Shown here: positions 48,941-57,897 of the stretch, in pieces
Position numbering within the stretch: the first letter of the stretch is position 1
How the letters are laid out: each line of letters opens with the position of its first letter
Source of the DNA: an uncultured Alphaproteobacteria bacterium
Lineage (GTDB): Bacteria > Pseudomonadota > Alphaproteobacteria > Rhizobiales > Xanthobacteraceae
Reading direction: 5' to 3'
Assembly: GCA_963821505.1 (NCBI GenBank)
Contig: CAWGEH010000010.1
Span: 70,496-134,495, forward strand
Length of the DNA stretch: 64,000 bases
Position numbers and translations under genes: made by a program
The notes under the pieces: model-generated
The model's input: the letters and a program-made list of their open reading frames with translations, nothing else
Told to the model about the DNA's origin: nothing
Databases searched by the model: none

Positions 48941-49803
48941 AGTTCGGTTTCATTGCGAAGCACCGGGGGATCTGGCCGGCGGATTGGTTGTGCGAGGCGC
49001 TCGGTGTCTCGCGAGGTGGGTTCTATGCTTGGCTGACCCGACCGCGCAGCCAACGCAGCCGGAGCGATGAAGAGCTTGGAGGGAGGGTTCGCGCCAGCTT
49101 CCTTGCGAGCGATCGGACCTACGGCGCCAGGCGAGTGTGGAAGGATTTACTGACGGAAGGCATGGCGTGCGGGCTGCACAGGATCGAGCGGTTGATGCGG
49201 CGGCAGGCTCTCAAAGCACGCCCGCGACGGCGTCGCCTGCCGCCCGATCTGGGTGAGCGGCAGGCGGCCGCCGTCGCTCCCAATGTGCTCGATCGCACCT
49301 TCGAAGCGCCTGCTCCCAACCGTAAATGGATTGCTGACTTCACCTATGTCGGGACGGCTGAGGGCTGGCTCTATGTCGCCGCCGTCATCGATCTCTTTTC
49401 CCGCCGTGTCGTCGGCTGGTCGATGAGCGCAGGGATGACGGCGCAGCTCGTCACCGATGCCCTGGTGATGGCGATCTGGCGACGAGGCAAGCCCGATGCG
49501 CTGCTGCATCACTCCGATCGCGGCAGCCAATACACCAGCGAGCAGTTCCAACGACTGATGGCTGATCACGGCGTCGTCTGCTCGATGAGCCGCTCGGGCA
49601 ACGTCTGGGACAACGCCGCGATGGAAAGCTTCTTCTCGTCGCTGAAGACCGAACGCACAGGCCGTAAAACGTACAGGACCCGGGACGAGGCAAGAGCTGA
49701 TGTGTTCGACTACATCGAACGCTTCTACAATGCCAAACGCAGGCATTCGAGGATCGGATACCTGAGCCCTATGGAGTTCGAAAGGCAGGCAGGATTAGCT
49801 TAA
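48772..49803 (+). CDS. IS3-family transposase OrfB (DDE integrase domain), entered by -1 frameshift
   Basis: WIADFTYVGTAEGWLYVAAVIDLFSRRVVGW, HSDRGSQYTS and NVWDNAAMESFFSSLKTE blocks form the DDE motif. The coordinates are the open frame from the track. Confidence 0.85.
   Translation: MGEEVRRRSATCLPRPRSDEAGAARDRAAQARSCQAEGGARYPKKSRGLLREGIDVKFGFIAKHRGIWPADWLCEALGVSRGGFYAWLTRPRSQRSRSDEELGGRVRASFLASDRTYGARRVWKDLLTEGMACGLHRIERLMRRQALKARPRRRRLPPDLGERQAAAVAPNVLDRTFEAPAPNRKWIADFTYVGTAEGWLYVAAVIDLFSRRVVGWSMSAGMTAQLVTDALVMAIWRRGKPDALLHHSDRGSQYTSEQFQRLMADHGVVCSMSRSGNVWDNAAMESFFSSLKTERTGRKTYRTRDEARADVFDYIERFYNAKRRHSRIGYLSPMEFERQAGLA
48901..48907 (+). other. candidate programmed -1 frameshift heptamer A_AAA_AAA
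   Basis: In the orfA frame the sequence reads cta aaa aaa gcc. Slipping by -1 gives KKSRGLLREGIDVKFGFIAKHRG, which continues into OrfB. Confidence 0.7.
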
Positions 49804-49863
49804 GTACGTGTCATCCAAACCGGGTGCAGGTCAGGTGTCGAATCCGCAAAGGAGAGCAACGCC

Positions 49864-51138
49864 ATGACGACTGTTACCACGCCTTCATCGCTCGCGCTCG
49901 CGCCCAGCCTCGAGACGGCTTGGCAAGATGTGGACAGCTCCTTTGAGCGCTTCTGTCTGACGGCCGGGATCGGAGCCATCGAGCAAATGCTTTGCGAGGA
50001 CGCGCAGCGGCTCGCCGGCGCGCCGCATAATCGTGGCGGAGGCCGCGTCGGCCACCGCTGGGGCAGGACCAAGGGAAAGATCGGTTTCCATGGTGGCAAG
50101 GTTGCCGTGCATCGCCCGCGGGTGCGCAGTTACGACGGCCATGAAGTTGCGCTGCCGACCTGGAGGGCGGCACAGACCGAGGACTGGCTTGGCCGCTGGG
50201 CCATGAACCTAATGCTGATCAACGTGTCGACGCGCAAGCTCAGGCGTGCCGTGCGGCTGCCCGAGGGCGATCTGCCGGTCATTGCCGGCGAAGGCACCTC
50301 GAAGTCAGCGGCCTCGCGTCGGTTCGTGGCACTGTCGGCAGAACGGCTGGCCGAGTGGATGGCGGCTGACCTGTCCAAGCTGGACCTTCTGGTCATTCAG
50401 ATCGACGGGTTGCACATGGGCAACGACCTGGTGCTGGTCGCTGCCCTCGGCATTGATGGAGAAGGCCACAAACATCCGCTCGCCCTGATCGAAGGAGCAA
50501 CCGAGAACGCCGCCGTCGTGCAGGCGCTCATCGACAACCCGATCGAGCGCGGGCTTGATCCCAAGGTCTGCCGGCTGTTCATCATCGACGGCGCCAAAGC
50601 GCTGAGCAAAGTCATCCGTCGCACGTTCGGCGCTCACACGCCGGTCCAGCGCTGCCAGATTCATAAAGCCCGCAACGTGATCGAGCGGCTGCCCAAGCCG
50701 CTGCATGCGTCGGTACGCCCGGCGCTCCGGCAGGCTTGGGAGCTCGACGATGCCGATAAAGCCGAGCGACTGTTGCGCAATCTCGCCCGTCGGCTTGACC
50801 AGGAGGCGCCCGGTGTCGCCGCCAGCATCCTTGAAGGGCTCGACGAGATGCTGACCGTCAACCGCCTCGGCTTGCCGGTAAAACTCAGGCGCTCGCTCGC
50901 CTGCACCAACTCAATTGAGAACATGATGGGGACCGTGCGCCGCGTCTGTCGCAACGTGAAGCGATGGCGAAATGCCGCGATGGCACTGCGCTGGACCGCC
51001 GCCGGCATGATGGAGGCAGCCAAAGGCTTCCGTCGTTTGAAAGCCTACAAGCACCTGCCCGTTCTCAGAGCTGCGCTTGCAGCTCATCAATCCAAGTACG
51101 TCACCCAACGAGTTGAACACGACGCTGATGCCGCATAG
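49864..51138 (+). CDS. IS256-family (Mutator-type) transposase
   Basis: 424 aa with LVIQIDGLHMGND, LFIIDGAKAL and RCQIHKARNV blocks. The element ends were not resolved. It starts only 30 nt after the IS3 right end. Confidence 0.85.
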   Translation: MTTVTTPSSLALAPSLETAWQDVDSSFERFCLTAGIGAIEQMLCEDAQRLAGAPHNRGGGRVGHRWGRTKGKIGFHGGKVAVHRPRVRSYDGHEVALPTWRAAQTEDWLGRWAMNLMLINVSTRKLRRAVRLPEGDLPVIAGEGTSKSAASRRFVALSAERLAEWMAADLSKLDLLVIQIDGLHMGNDLVLVAALGIDGEGHKHPLALIEGATENAAVVQALIDNPIERGLDPKVCRLFIIDGAKALSKVIRRTFGAHTPVQRCQIHKARNVIERLPKPLHASVRPALRQAWELDDADKAERLLRNLARRLDQEAPGVAASILEGLDEMLTVNRLGLPVKLRRSLACTNSIENMMGTVRRVCRNVKRWRNAAMALRWTAAGMMEAAKGFRRLKAYKHLPVLRAALAAHQSKYVTQRVEHDADAA

Positions 51139-51337
51139 CATCATCCATGGCGACGCCTACCTCGCCTATTTCAACAAAATCTGGGGCATCCCCTTGGCTG
51201 CAATGGCGGTGCAGTAGTCGGTGTGCTCGCTCATTTATGGCTCCCAATTCAGCGTCGCGTTCAGTGCAAGTCTTGGTCGAGCCGGTGAAACGATGGCCGT
51301 TGATCTGAAAATCATAATGCCAATACGGCGAACGCCA

Positions 51338-52786
51338 GGTGCCGTAGCGGGAGTGGTTGGAAAATGAAGGCGGCGTAATCTCCAGCTTGATGCAACAAGC
51401 GATTCCGGCGTTGAAGCGCCGGCGGAGATCACGCCATGACAAGCGATATCACGACCCCTTGCCTGCCGCAGTCGGAAATCGAGGCGACGGAGCACCTTTT
51501 CGACAACTGGTTCGATCCGATCGAAGCTGGCCTTCGGGATCGAGCGCGTGAATTCCTGCAAGCCATGCTCGAAGGCGAGCTCGACGAAGTTCTGGCGCGC
51601 TCGCGCTACGCCCGTCGCGCAAAGCCGGCGAGCGGTGATCCGCAGGAGCCCGCGGTCACCGGCCACCGCCACGGCCATCGGTCGCGCTCGCTGCTGGGAA
51701 CATTCGGGAAGGTGGAGATCGCGCTGCCACGCGCGCGGCTGAACACTCCCGAGGGCAAGACAACCGAGTGGAAGACAACCGAGTGGAAGAGCCGCACGCT
51801 GCGGGCCTATCAGCGCCGCACGCTTGCTGCCGATGCACTGATCGCCAGCTGCTACCTGGCCGGCACCAACACGCGCCGTGTGCGCCGGGCGCTCGGTGCT
51901 CTGTTCGCCGGCGCGGTCGGCAAGGATACGGTGAGCCGGGTCTGGCGCAAGGTGAAGAGCGATTGGGACGCGTGGAATGCCCGCTCGCTGGCGGGGGAAC
52001 CGATCGTGCGGCTCATTCTCGACGGCACCGTGGTGCGGGTGCGGCTCGACCGCAAAGCGACGGCGATCTCGCTGCTTGTCGTCATCGGCGTGTGCGCCGA
52101 CGGCCAGAAGGTCTTGCTCGCAGTCAAAGCCATGGGCGGCGAGAGCACCGAGGCCTGGCGGGCGGTGCTCGACGATCTCATCCAGCGTGGTCTGCGGCGG
52201 CCCGAGTTCCTCATCGTCGATGGCGCGCCGGAACTCGAGAACGCGGTCGCCGCCGCGTGGGACGGCGTGCCGGTCCAGCGCTGCACCGTCCATAAGCACC
52301 GCAACCTGCTGGCGCATGCACCCGAGCGGCTGCATGAGGAGATCTCCGCTGAATATAACGATATGATCTACGCCACGACGCGAGAGGAGATCGAGACGCG
52401 GCGCAAGGCCTTCATCCGTAAATGGCGGCTCAAGCACCGCGCCGTCGCCGACAGTCTGCAGGAAGCCGGTGACCGGCTCTTCACCTTCACGCGGCTGCCG
52501 CCGAGCCAGTGGCGCAGCGTTCGCACCACCAATGCAATCGAGCGGCTGCACGAAGAGTTCAAGCGACGGATCAAGACGCAAACCGTCCTGCCATCGGCGG
52601 ATACCGCAGCCATGTTGTTCTGGGCGTTGCTCGCTTCCGGCCAGATTAACATGCGCAAGGTCGATGGCTGGCAAACGCTAGCCACCAAGCCCATCGATCA
52701 GCCAATTGACCTCGCCGCCTGATCAGATAGCTTCAAGTCGCCGGAGATCGCGCCGCGCAAATTCCAACCACATTCCGGGCGGCACC
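51338..52786 (+). mobile_element. IS256-family insertion sequence, complete
   Basis: Imperfect terminal inverted repeats ggtgccgtagcgggagtggttggaaaatg... (51338) and ...caaattccaaccacattccgggcggcacc (52786). They are flanked by GAACGC in an imperfect 8-bp direct repeat. Confidence 0.8.
51436..52722 (+). CDS. IS256-family (Mutator-type) transposase
   Basis: 428 aa with LILDGTVVRVR, FLIVDGAPEL and RCTVHKHRNLL blocks. It contains an in-frame 15-bp tandem duplication (KTTEW twice). Confidence 0.9.
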   Translation: MTSDITTPCLPQSEIEATEHLFDNWFDPIEAGLRDRAREFLQAMLEGELDEVLARSRYARRAKPASGDPQEPAVTGHRHGHRSRSLLGTFGKVEIALPRARLNTPEGKTTEWKTTEWKSRTLRAYQRRTLAADALIASCYLAGTNTRRVRRALGALFAGAVGKDTVSRVWRKVKSDWDAWNARSLAGEPIVRLILDGTVVRVRLDRKATAISLLVVIGVCADGQKVLLAVKAMGGESTEAWRAVLDDLIQRGLRRPEFLIVDGAPELENAVAAAWDGVPVQRCTVHKHRNLLAHAPERLHEEISAEYNDMIYATTREEIETRRKAFIRKWRLKHRAVADSLQEAGDRLFTFTRLPPSQWRSVRTTNAIERLHEEFKRRIKTQTVLPSADTAAMLFWALLASGQINMRKVDGWQTLATKPIDQPIDLAA

Positions 52787-53859
52787 GAACGCGGCGTGCG
52801 GTAGGCTGTCATACCGCGCCCCCGCAGTAAAAAACGGGCGGCGTCACCGCGCTAGACAGTCCGGTGAAAACTTCAATGCGGTCTATGGCGCGTTTAGCGC
52901 CCTTTAGCCACGCAAATTGTTGATAATGCTCGCTCGTGCTACTACGGCCGCAGCCACCAAAAAATCCCATAACATCAAAATGTTAGCTGGATTCGATGGC
53001 AATGCATGCGACCCGGTCGTCGGCTCGACTAACCTTGTGTCCACAGTGTGTCCACTGGGAGCCCGCTGGCGCGTTTTCCAGCCCTGCCCGCTGCTCGCGT
53101 ACCTAGAAACTGATTTGCCGCGCGGCAGGCTCGGCGCAGATTCGCTCTCTTGCTGCCCTCGACGCGTGACGAGCGTCAGCCCGTTTCTTTAGAACGGCGT
53201 CCGCGCCGCTCGCTCTTGTCGAGCCGAATCCCTCAGTGTGATAATTTTGCAGCACAGGAGTGGTCTTAATGATCGCTTAACCCCCTCGCCAGCAAGCGGT
53301 TGCAAAAACGCCACCTTTTGACCACGGTTACCGGGCGCACTTCGCCTATCAACACGGGGGTGCTGCCAATGACTAGAGGGTTGTTGGACGATATCCTGCT
53401 GTTCTCCTGCTTGGCCGCGTTCGTTACCGGGATAGTGATCGCGGCCGCAAACCTGATTATTTGATGAGGCGATAGCCGCGATTCCATCGCACGTCATGAC
53501 TTCCGACCGGTTTGTCTCATTCGCGCTGCTGCTCGCAATTGCCATCGTACTGGGGATGATGTTCGCAATCGCGGTGTGGCTGCCGACATAACAGCGGAAG
53601 CCACAGACGCGCGAAGCCACGTTGGCCAACTCAATGTGCAACGCTTCAGCGAGTGCCTGATGGGCATGCCACGTTGATCTTGATAACCAAACAAAGGGCG
53701 GTAGTAGGGGGATAAATCCCCGCGCTATTCCCTCCGCCAACTCTTAGCGAAGGCTGCCATCGCGACCTCGCGCGTTAGCTCGTAGCCGTGGACGTGCCCA
53801 CTGGTTTTTCTCTTCGCGCCTCATGCCCGCCACACGGAAATCCGCCCGTCGCTAGGCTC

Positions 53860-54075
53860 CTACCGAGCGAGGGCTTCCTGATGCTCGGCTGCACCGGGCT
53901 GTATGACTTGGCCCCGACACTGGAGGTAGAGAGGTGTACCTGGGGCGTAGCCCATAGCCAGACACTGCCTGTGAGCCGCGTCATCAACGACCCGCATCTG
54001 TTGGCCATCCATCCTCGAGACTGCGAAGGCCGCGACGGCCATTATCGCGGCCAAGGCAAAAAGAAGCCTGCCCAT
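53860..54075 (-). CDS. small exported protein with C-x-x-x-G-x-x-P-G-T-x-x-Y-x-x-C motif
   Basis: 71 aa with a signal-like MGRLLFALAAIMAVAAFAVS and a CLAMGYAPGTPLYLQC motif. Confidence 0.45.
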   Translation of the reverse strand: MGRLLFALAAIMAVAAFAVSRMDGQQMRVVDDAAHRQCLAMGYAPGTPLYLQCRGQVIQPGAAEHQEALAR

Positions 54076-54138
54076 TGTGAATCCCCCGTTCCCCTGAAGG
54101 ACTCGACCTAACTTGCTGGGCGGATTTGAGGCAAGGGC

Positions 54139-54387
54139 CTATTGCCGTCGCCAACTTTTAGCGAAGGCCGCCATAGCGCCGTCGCGCGTAGGCTCGTAGC
54201 CGTGCGTCGGTGTGCGGTCCTCGTGGTAGCCGAAGATCAGCGTCCACATCCACGGCGTGCCCACGGGTGAGGCGGCGGCCTTGAAGATGCGACCGACCAC
54301 CGCGCCGTCGGCAAGCACGTCGTCGTCGTCGTTCCAGTCGCCGGATGGGCGGGAGGCAGACGCGCGTTTGAGAATCAGGGAGGTCAC
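54139..54387 (-). CDS. conserved hypothetical protein (SRPSGDW...PWMWTL...HGYEPTR...AFAKSWRR type)
   Basis: 82 aa. I recognise this motif set as a widespread small alphaproteobacterial protein of unknown function. Confidence 0.6.
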   Translation of the reverse strand: MTSLILKRASASRPSGDWNDDDDVLADGAVVGRIFKAAASPVGTPWMWTLIFGYHEDRTPTHGYEPTRDGAMAAFAKSWRRQ

Positions 54388-54487
54388 CGACGCCTCCAGT
54401 CCTCCTCCGCCTCGCGCCGCCCCGCCGTCCCGCCGCGCACGCCGGGTTCTTCATCCTCGGTCGGGCTCAAGCGTTAGGCGATCAGTG

Positions 54488-54670
54488 CTAGTTGTGTGAT
54501 TCAAACGGAAGATTCCCGAATCGCCCGAAGCAGTTCAAGCTCTCGCCGCGATCGAACGCTTTCTGGCAGAGACAAACGCCGATCCCAAACCCTTCACCTG
54601 GACCGCACGTCCAAGCCGCATCCTCGCTGCTGTCAAACGAGGGAAAGAAAAGTTAAAGTCAATCCACTAA
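54488..54670 (+). mobile_element. miniature internally deleted IS630-family derivative (MITE-like, ~183 bp)
   Basis: The left ~55 bp align to the IS630 left end at 55456-55511. The remainder encodes only the last ~40 codons of an IS630 transposase ([40 protein letters not shown]). It is bounded by CTAG and CTAA. Confidence 0.7.
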
Positions 54671-54671
54671 A

Positions 54672-55067
54672 TTAGTTGCATGTGGTGGTTCGAAAACGGT
54701 CAGTGTAGCAATTCAGACGCCGTGGGCCGATTGTCCCCGTAATAGTGCCGGAACGGTCTGTGTAGACATTAATTCGATCTCTACCAATGTTACCCGTGGT
54801 GTTGCCGTAGCCGTCCTCGTGTGTGGTTATGCGCTCGTTGCCAATCGTACCCGTCGTCCCACCGTAGCCGTCGTTATAAGTGCTCATGTACTTACCGCCG
54901 ACCCAGCCTGTCGTACTGCCGTACCGATCAGTGTAGGTGTTTACGGTGCGATTGCCGTCAGTGCCTGTCGTGTAACCAGATCGATCCGTGTGAAGGCTGC
55001 TGCTTTGGGCGCGCAACGGAAGAATGGATATCGCCAGCACCAGCGATGCAAGAATGAGGCGCGTCAT
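54672..55067 (-). CDS. exported protein made of ~19-aa tandem repeats (TYTDRyGtTTGtIGxxRxN)
   Basis: 131 aa with signal peptide MTRLILASLVLAISILPLRA, then 5.5 repeats (HTDRSGYTTGTDG, YTDRYGSTTGWVG, YNDGYGGTTGTIG, HEDGYGNTTGNIG, YTDRSGTITGTIG, YTDRFRTTTCN). Confidence 0.65.
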   Translation of the reverse strand: MTRLILASLVLAISILPLRAQSSSLHTDRSGYTTGTDGNRTVNTYTDRYGSTTGWVGGKYMSTYNDGYGGTTGTIGNERITTHEDGYGNTTGNIGRDRINVYTDRSGTITGTIGPRRLNCYTDRFRTTTCN

Positions 55068-55199
55068 TAGAACACCTCCTTTGCTTGTTAGTGCGCTGCG
55101 ATGGCACTGGACAATGATAGCCCAATCCTGACGCTGCCTCCATCGCGGCCCCGAGCGATAGGCCCAATCCTTCTTGACACGATACCTTCCTGAAGCGTC

Positions 55200-55378
55200 C
55201 CCTTTACTCGATCACTCGTCGGCGCGCGCGAGTAGAACTTCACCCGCTCACGGTCCTTGCGGGCGATGAACCGGAAGCCATCGTGCTTGATCTCGTGCAG
55301 CCACGCCTCTCGCCGGAGGGCGGTTGCAGGGTTTCGGTGGGGAGGCAGGGAGCGATGAAGCCGCGCATGGCCGCGCGT
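55200..55378 (-). pseudogene. ATP-dependent DNA ligase N-terminal fragment, frameshifted
   Basis: MRGFIAPCLPTETLQPPSGE is followed, in another frame, by WLHEIKHDGFRFIARKDRERVKFYSR. This includes the ligase adenylation motif I region (EIKHDG). Confidence 0.45.
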
Positions 55379-55515
55379 ATATAGCGCGCGGCCCTCCTAT
55401 ACCTCTAGCACGGTCGCCCCGCCCGGCGTTCCCAGCCCGTCCGCTATCTCGACACCTAGTGGTCTGATTCATTCGGGCGATTCCCAAATCGCCCGAAGCG
55501 GTTCAAGCTCTTGTT

Positions 55516-56094
55516 ATGAGAGCAGGAATTGTCGTCAACGTCACCCGCGCAGATCGCCGTCGCCTTGAGGCGATCGTCGCGGATCGCAGCTCGCCGCAGA
55601 GGCATGTCTGGCGCGCCCAGATCATCCTCGCCACCGCCGACGGCTGCGGCACCAGCGAGATCATGCGTCGGTCGGGCAAGGCCAAACCGGTGGTATGGCG
55701 ATGGCAAGAGCGGTTCATGCTGGAGGGCGTCGATGGCTTGCTGCGTGACAAGACGCGCAAGCCGGGCAAGCCGCCGCTGCCCGCCGCCACTGTTCAGAAG
55801 GTCATTGACCTGGTGACTGGTCCGCCAACCGGCGAGACCACTCACTGGACGGGACGGATGCTGGCCCGGGAGGTGGGGATCAGTTTGCGCTCGGTGCAGC
55901 GCATTCTCGAAGCCCATCAACTCACGCCCCATCGCAGCCGAACTTTCAAGCTGTCGAACGACCCGAAGTTCGCCGAAAAGCTCCGCGACGTGGTCGGCCT
56001 CTATGTCGATCCTCCTGAGCACGCGGTCGTCCTCTCGGTCGACGAGAAGAGCCAGATCCAGGCTCTCGATCGCACCCAGCGGGCCTGCCGATGA
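55516..56094 (+). CDS. IS630-family transposase, N-terminal (HTH) part
   Basis: 192 aa ending ...[18 protein letters not shown]. The expected continuation (LDRTQPGLPMKPG) is shifted by one nt at ~56080. Confidence 0.8.
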   Translation: MRAGIVVNVTRADRRRLEAIVADRSSPQRHVWRAQIILATADGCGTSEIMRRSGKAKPVVWRWQERFMLEGVDGLLRDKTRKPGKPPLPAATVQKVIDLVTGPPTGETTHWTGRMLAREVGISLRSVQRILEAHQLTPHRSRTFKLSNDPKFAEKLRDVVGLYVDPPEHAVVLSVDEKSQIQALDRTQRACR

Positions 56095-56594
56095 AGCCGG
56101 GCCGCGCCGGGACGATGACACATGACTACAAGCGCAACGGCACGACCACGCTGTTCGCCGCCCTTAACGTTCTCGATGGAACCATCATCGGCCGCAACAT
56201 GAAGCGCCATCGCCATCAGGAATTCATCGGCTTCCTCAACGACATCGACGCGCAAGTCCCCAAACGAAAGGCGATCCACGCGGTCGTCGACAACTATGCC
56301 ACTCACAAGCACCCGAAGGTCCGCAAATGGCTGGCGCAGCATCCCCGTTGGACCTTCCACTTCACTCCGACCTCTGCATCCTGGCTCAATGCCGTCGAGA
56401 GCTTCTTCGCCAAGCTCACAAACCAGCGCCTCAGCCGCGGCGTATTCCGATCCGTCGCCGAACTCGAAGCCGCTATCAAGCGCTTCATCGCCGAGACCAA
56501 CACCGATCCCAAACCCTTCGTCTGGACCGCGCGCCCAAACCGTATCCTCGCCGCTGTCAAACGTGGGAAGCAAACGTTAGAGTTGATCCACTAG
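56091..56594 (+). CDS. IS630-family transposase, C-terminal (DDE) part
   Basis: 167 aa with [26 protein letters not shown] and [10 protein letters not shown] blocks. Confidence 0.8.
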   Translation: MKPGRAGTMTHDYKRNGTTTLFAALNVLDGTIIGRNMKRHRHQEFIGFLNDIDAQVPKRKAIHAVVDNYATHKHPKVRKWLAQHPRWTFHFTPTSASWLNAVESFFAKLTNQRLSRGVFRSVAELEAAIKRFIAETNTDPKPFVWTARPNRILAAVKRGKQTLELIH

Positions 56595-56655
56595 CTGCTT
56601 GCTCTGATGCGCTTGAGCGCCAGGGCCAGAACGTGACGGAAGCAGGGTTTCGTGG

Positions 56656-56940
56656 TGACCTGAGCCCCGAGATTTCCGCCAAAAATGGGTAGAGTCCATC
56701 GCCTGGAAGGGGATGGACATGAAGCCGAGCCGGTTCACGGAAGAGCAGATCATCGGGATATTGCGGGAGCAGGAGGGCGGAGCAAAGACGGTCGACATTT
56801 GCCGCAAGCACGGAATCAGCGGCGCGACGTTTTACAAGTGGAAGGCCAAATACGGCGGCCTCGAGGTGTCGGACGCCAAGCGACTGAAGGCGCTGGAGGA
56901 CGAGAACGCCAAGCTGAAGAAGCTTTTGGCGGAGGCGGAA
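56656..56940 (+). mobile_element. IS3-family (IS407-group-like) left-end remnant with truncated orfA
   Basis: The left end is tgacctgagccccgagatttccgcc. orfA (56713..) reads MKPSRFTEEQIIGILREQEGGAKT...ENAKLKKLLAEA and then loses homology at ~56938. There is no orfB. Confidence 0.7.
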
Positions 56941-57024
56941 TGTGACTCAAACCAAACGGCCTCCGGCAAACCCGGGGCGGTTCACAAGGATGGGGCCTCA
57001 GTTAGCAGAGCGGATTAAACTAAG

Positions 57025-57207
57025 TTACGCAGCGCCGCGAGGTAAGAAGCCAAACCACCTTCTTAGGCACGCATAGTCCTTCGCCGTTTTCGCAAGGAAG
57101 TTGTCCTTGCAAGCTTTGCGGCAGAAGCGCAGGCCCCAATGGTGGTGGCTGACAAGACCAAACTTTGCACCACAGTTTGCACAGCGATTATTCTCCAATT
57201 TAGTCAT
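57025..57207 (-). CDS. small zinc-finger-like protein
   Basis: 60 aa: MTKLENNRCANCGAKFGLVSHHHWGLRFCRKACKDNF, with a CxxC ... CxxxC pattern. Confidence 0.45.
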   Translation of the reverse strand: MTKLENNRCANCGAKFGLVSHHHWGLRFCRKACKDNFLAKTAKDYACLRRWFGFLPRGAA

Positions 57208-57585
57208 GACGCTCTCCCGTCAGCGCGGCGACGAATTCCGTTGCGTCGTCTAGCTTCAGCTCCATCAGCTCTTCACTCTGCGGTGATGGGAAAAGGTGCT
57301 TGTTCTTGTCACCTTCTGGCTGATATCCCTTAGTCGCTCTGACCCCTTCCTGGGATTTGTTCGATCACGCCAGAGATTTGTTCGTTTGAGCCAAGCCTCT
57401 GTGGACTCCAACGCAGCCCGGGAGAGCGGTAAGGATGACTACGACAAGTTCAGCTTGTCGATGGGTTCCTGTCTTATTGAAAATATTTTTGAGGTGAGAG
57501 CCGGTCCCGCAAATCTGCACAGGACGATAAGTGGAGTTTCTGCCTGACGGCAGGCACGCTGTAGCCTGCGAAATCAGGAGCGACC

Positions 57586-57897
57586 ATGACGAGACGAGCG
57601 CGCCGGCACCACACGCCGGCGTTCAAGGCGAAGGTGGCTCTTGCCGCCATCAAGGGCGATCGAACATTGGCTCAACTTGCGGAGCAGTTCGACGTCCACC
57701 CCAATCAGATCACATCGTGGAAGGCGCAGCTCGAGGGCGGGGCTGCCGATGTGTTCGGTCCCGGCGGCGGCAATGGAGCCGCGCCACCAGCTGTGGATGT
57801 GAAGTTTCTGCACGCCAAGATCGGCGAGTTGACGCTGGAGAACGATTTTTTAGAGGGCGCGCTCACCAAGGCGGGATTGCTGAGCGCAAAGCGATGA
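57586..57897 (+). CDS. IS3-family transposase OrfA
   Basis: MTRRARRHHTPAFKAKVALAAIKGDRTLAQLAEQFDVHPNQITSWKAQL... A candidate -1 slippery heptamer T_TTT_TTA lies at 57846-57852. Confidence 0.85.
   Translation: MTRRARRHHTPAFKAKVALAAIKGDRTLAQLAEQFDVHPNQITSWKAQLEGGAADVFGPGGGNGAAPPAVDVKFLHAKIGELTLENDFLEGALTKAGLLSAKR

Larger units (their letters stand above)
48590..49833 (+). mobile_element. IS3-family insertion sequence, complete ends
   Basis: Terminal inverted repeats tgacctgcacccggtt... (48590) and ...aaccgggtgcaggtca (49833). orfA and orfB are linked by an A7 slippery run. The flanking 4-mers (tttg / ggtg) differ, so there is no clean target duplication. Confidence 0.85.
51190..52812 (-). pseudogene. 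N-terminal fragment of a tyrosine-recombinase-like gene, split by the IS256 insertion and truncated distally
   Basis: Joining 52812..52787 to 51329..~51190 (one copy of the duplicated target removed) reads MTAYRTPRSPYWHYDFQINGHRFTGSTKTCTERDAE... This resembles integrase arm-binding N-termini. The lower boundary is approximate. Confidence 0.45.
55456..56594 (+). mobile_element. IS630-family insertion sequence
   Basis: The ends are ctagtggtctgattca... and ...agttgatccactag, that is, TA within CTAG at both ends. Two consecutive transposase ORFs are present. Confidence 0.85.

Noticed and set aside
53189-53740. 183-aa minus-strand ORF
   Set aside because: There are no motifs and the composition is odd. 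It overlaps the two short hydrophobic plus-strand ORFs and a gene fragment, so it is probably non-coding.
57208-57270. 21-codon ORF (MELKLDDATEFVAALTGERHD) overlapping the start of the zinc-finger gene
   Set aside because: It is too short, the upstream in-frame sequence has no start, and there is no recognisable family.
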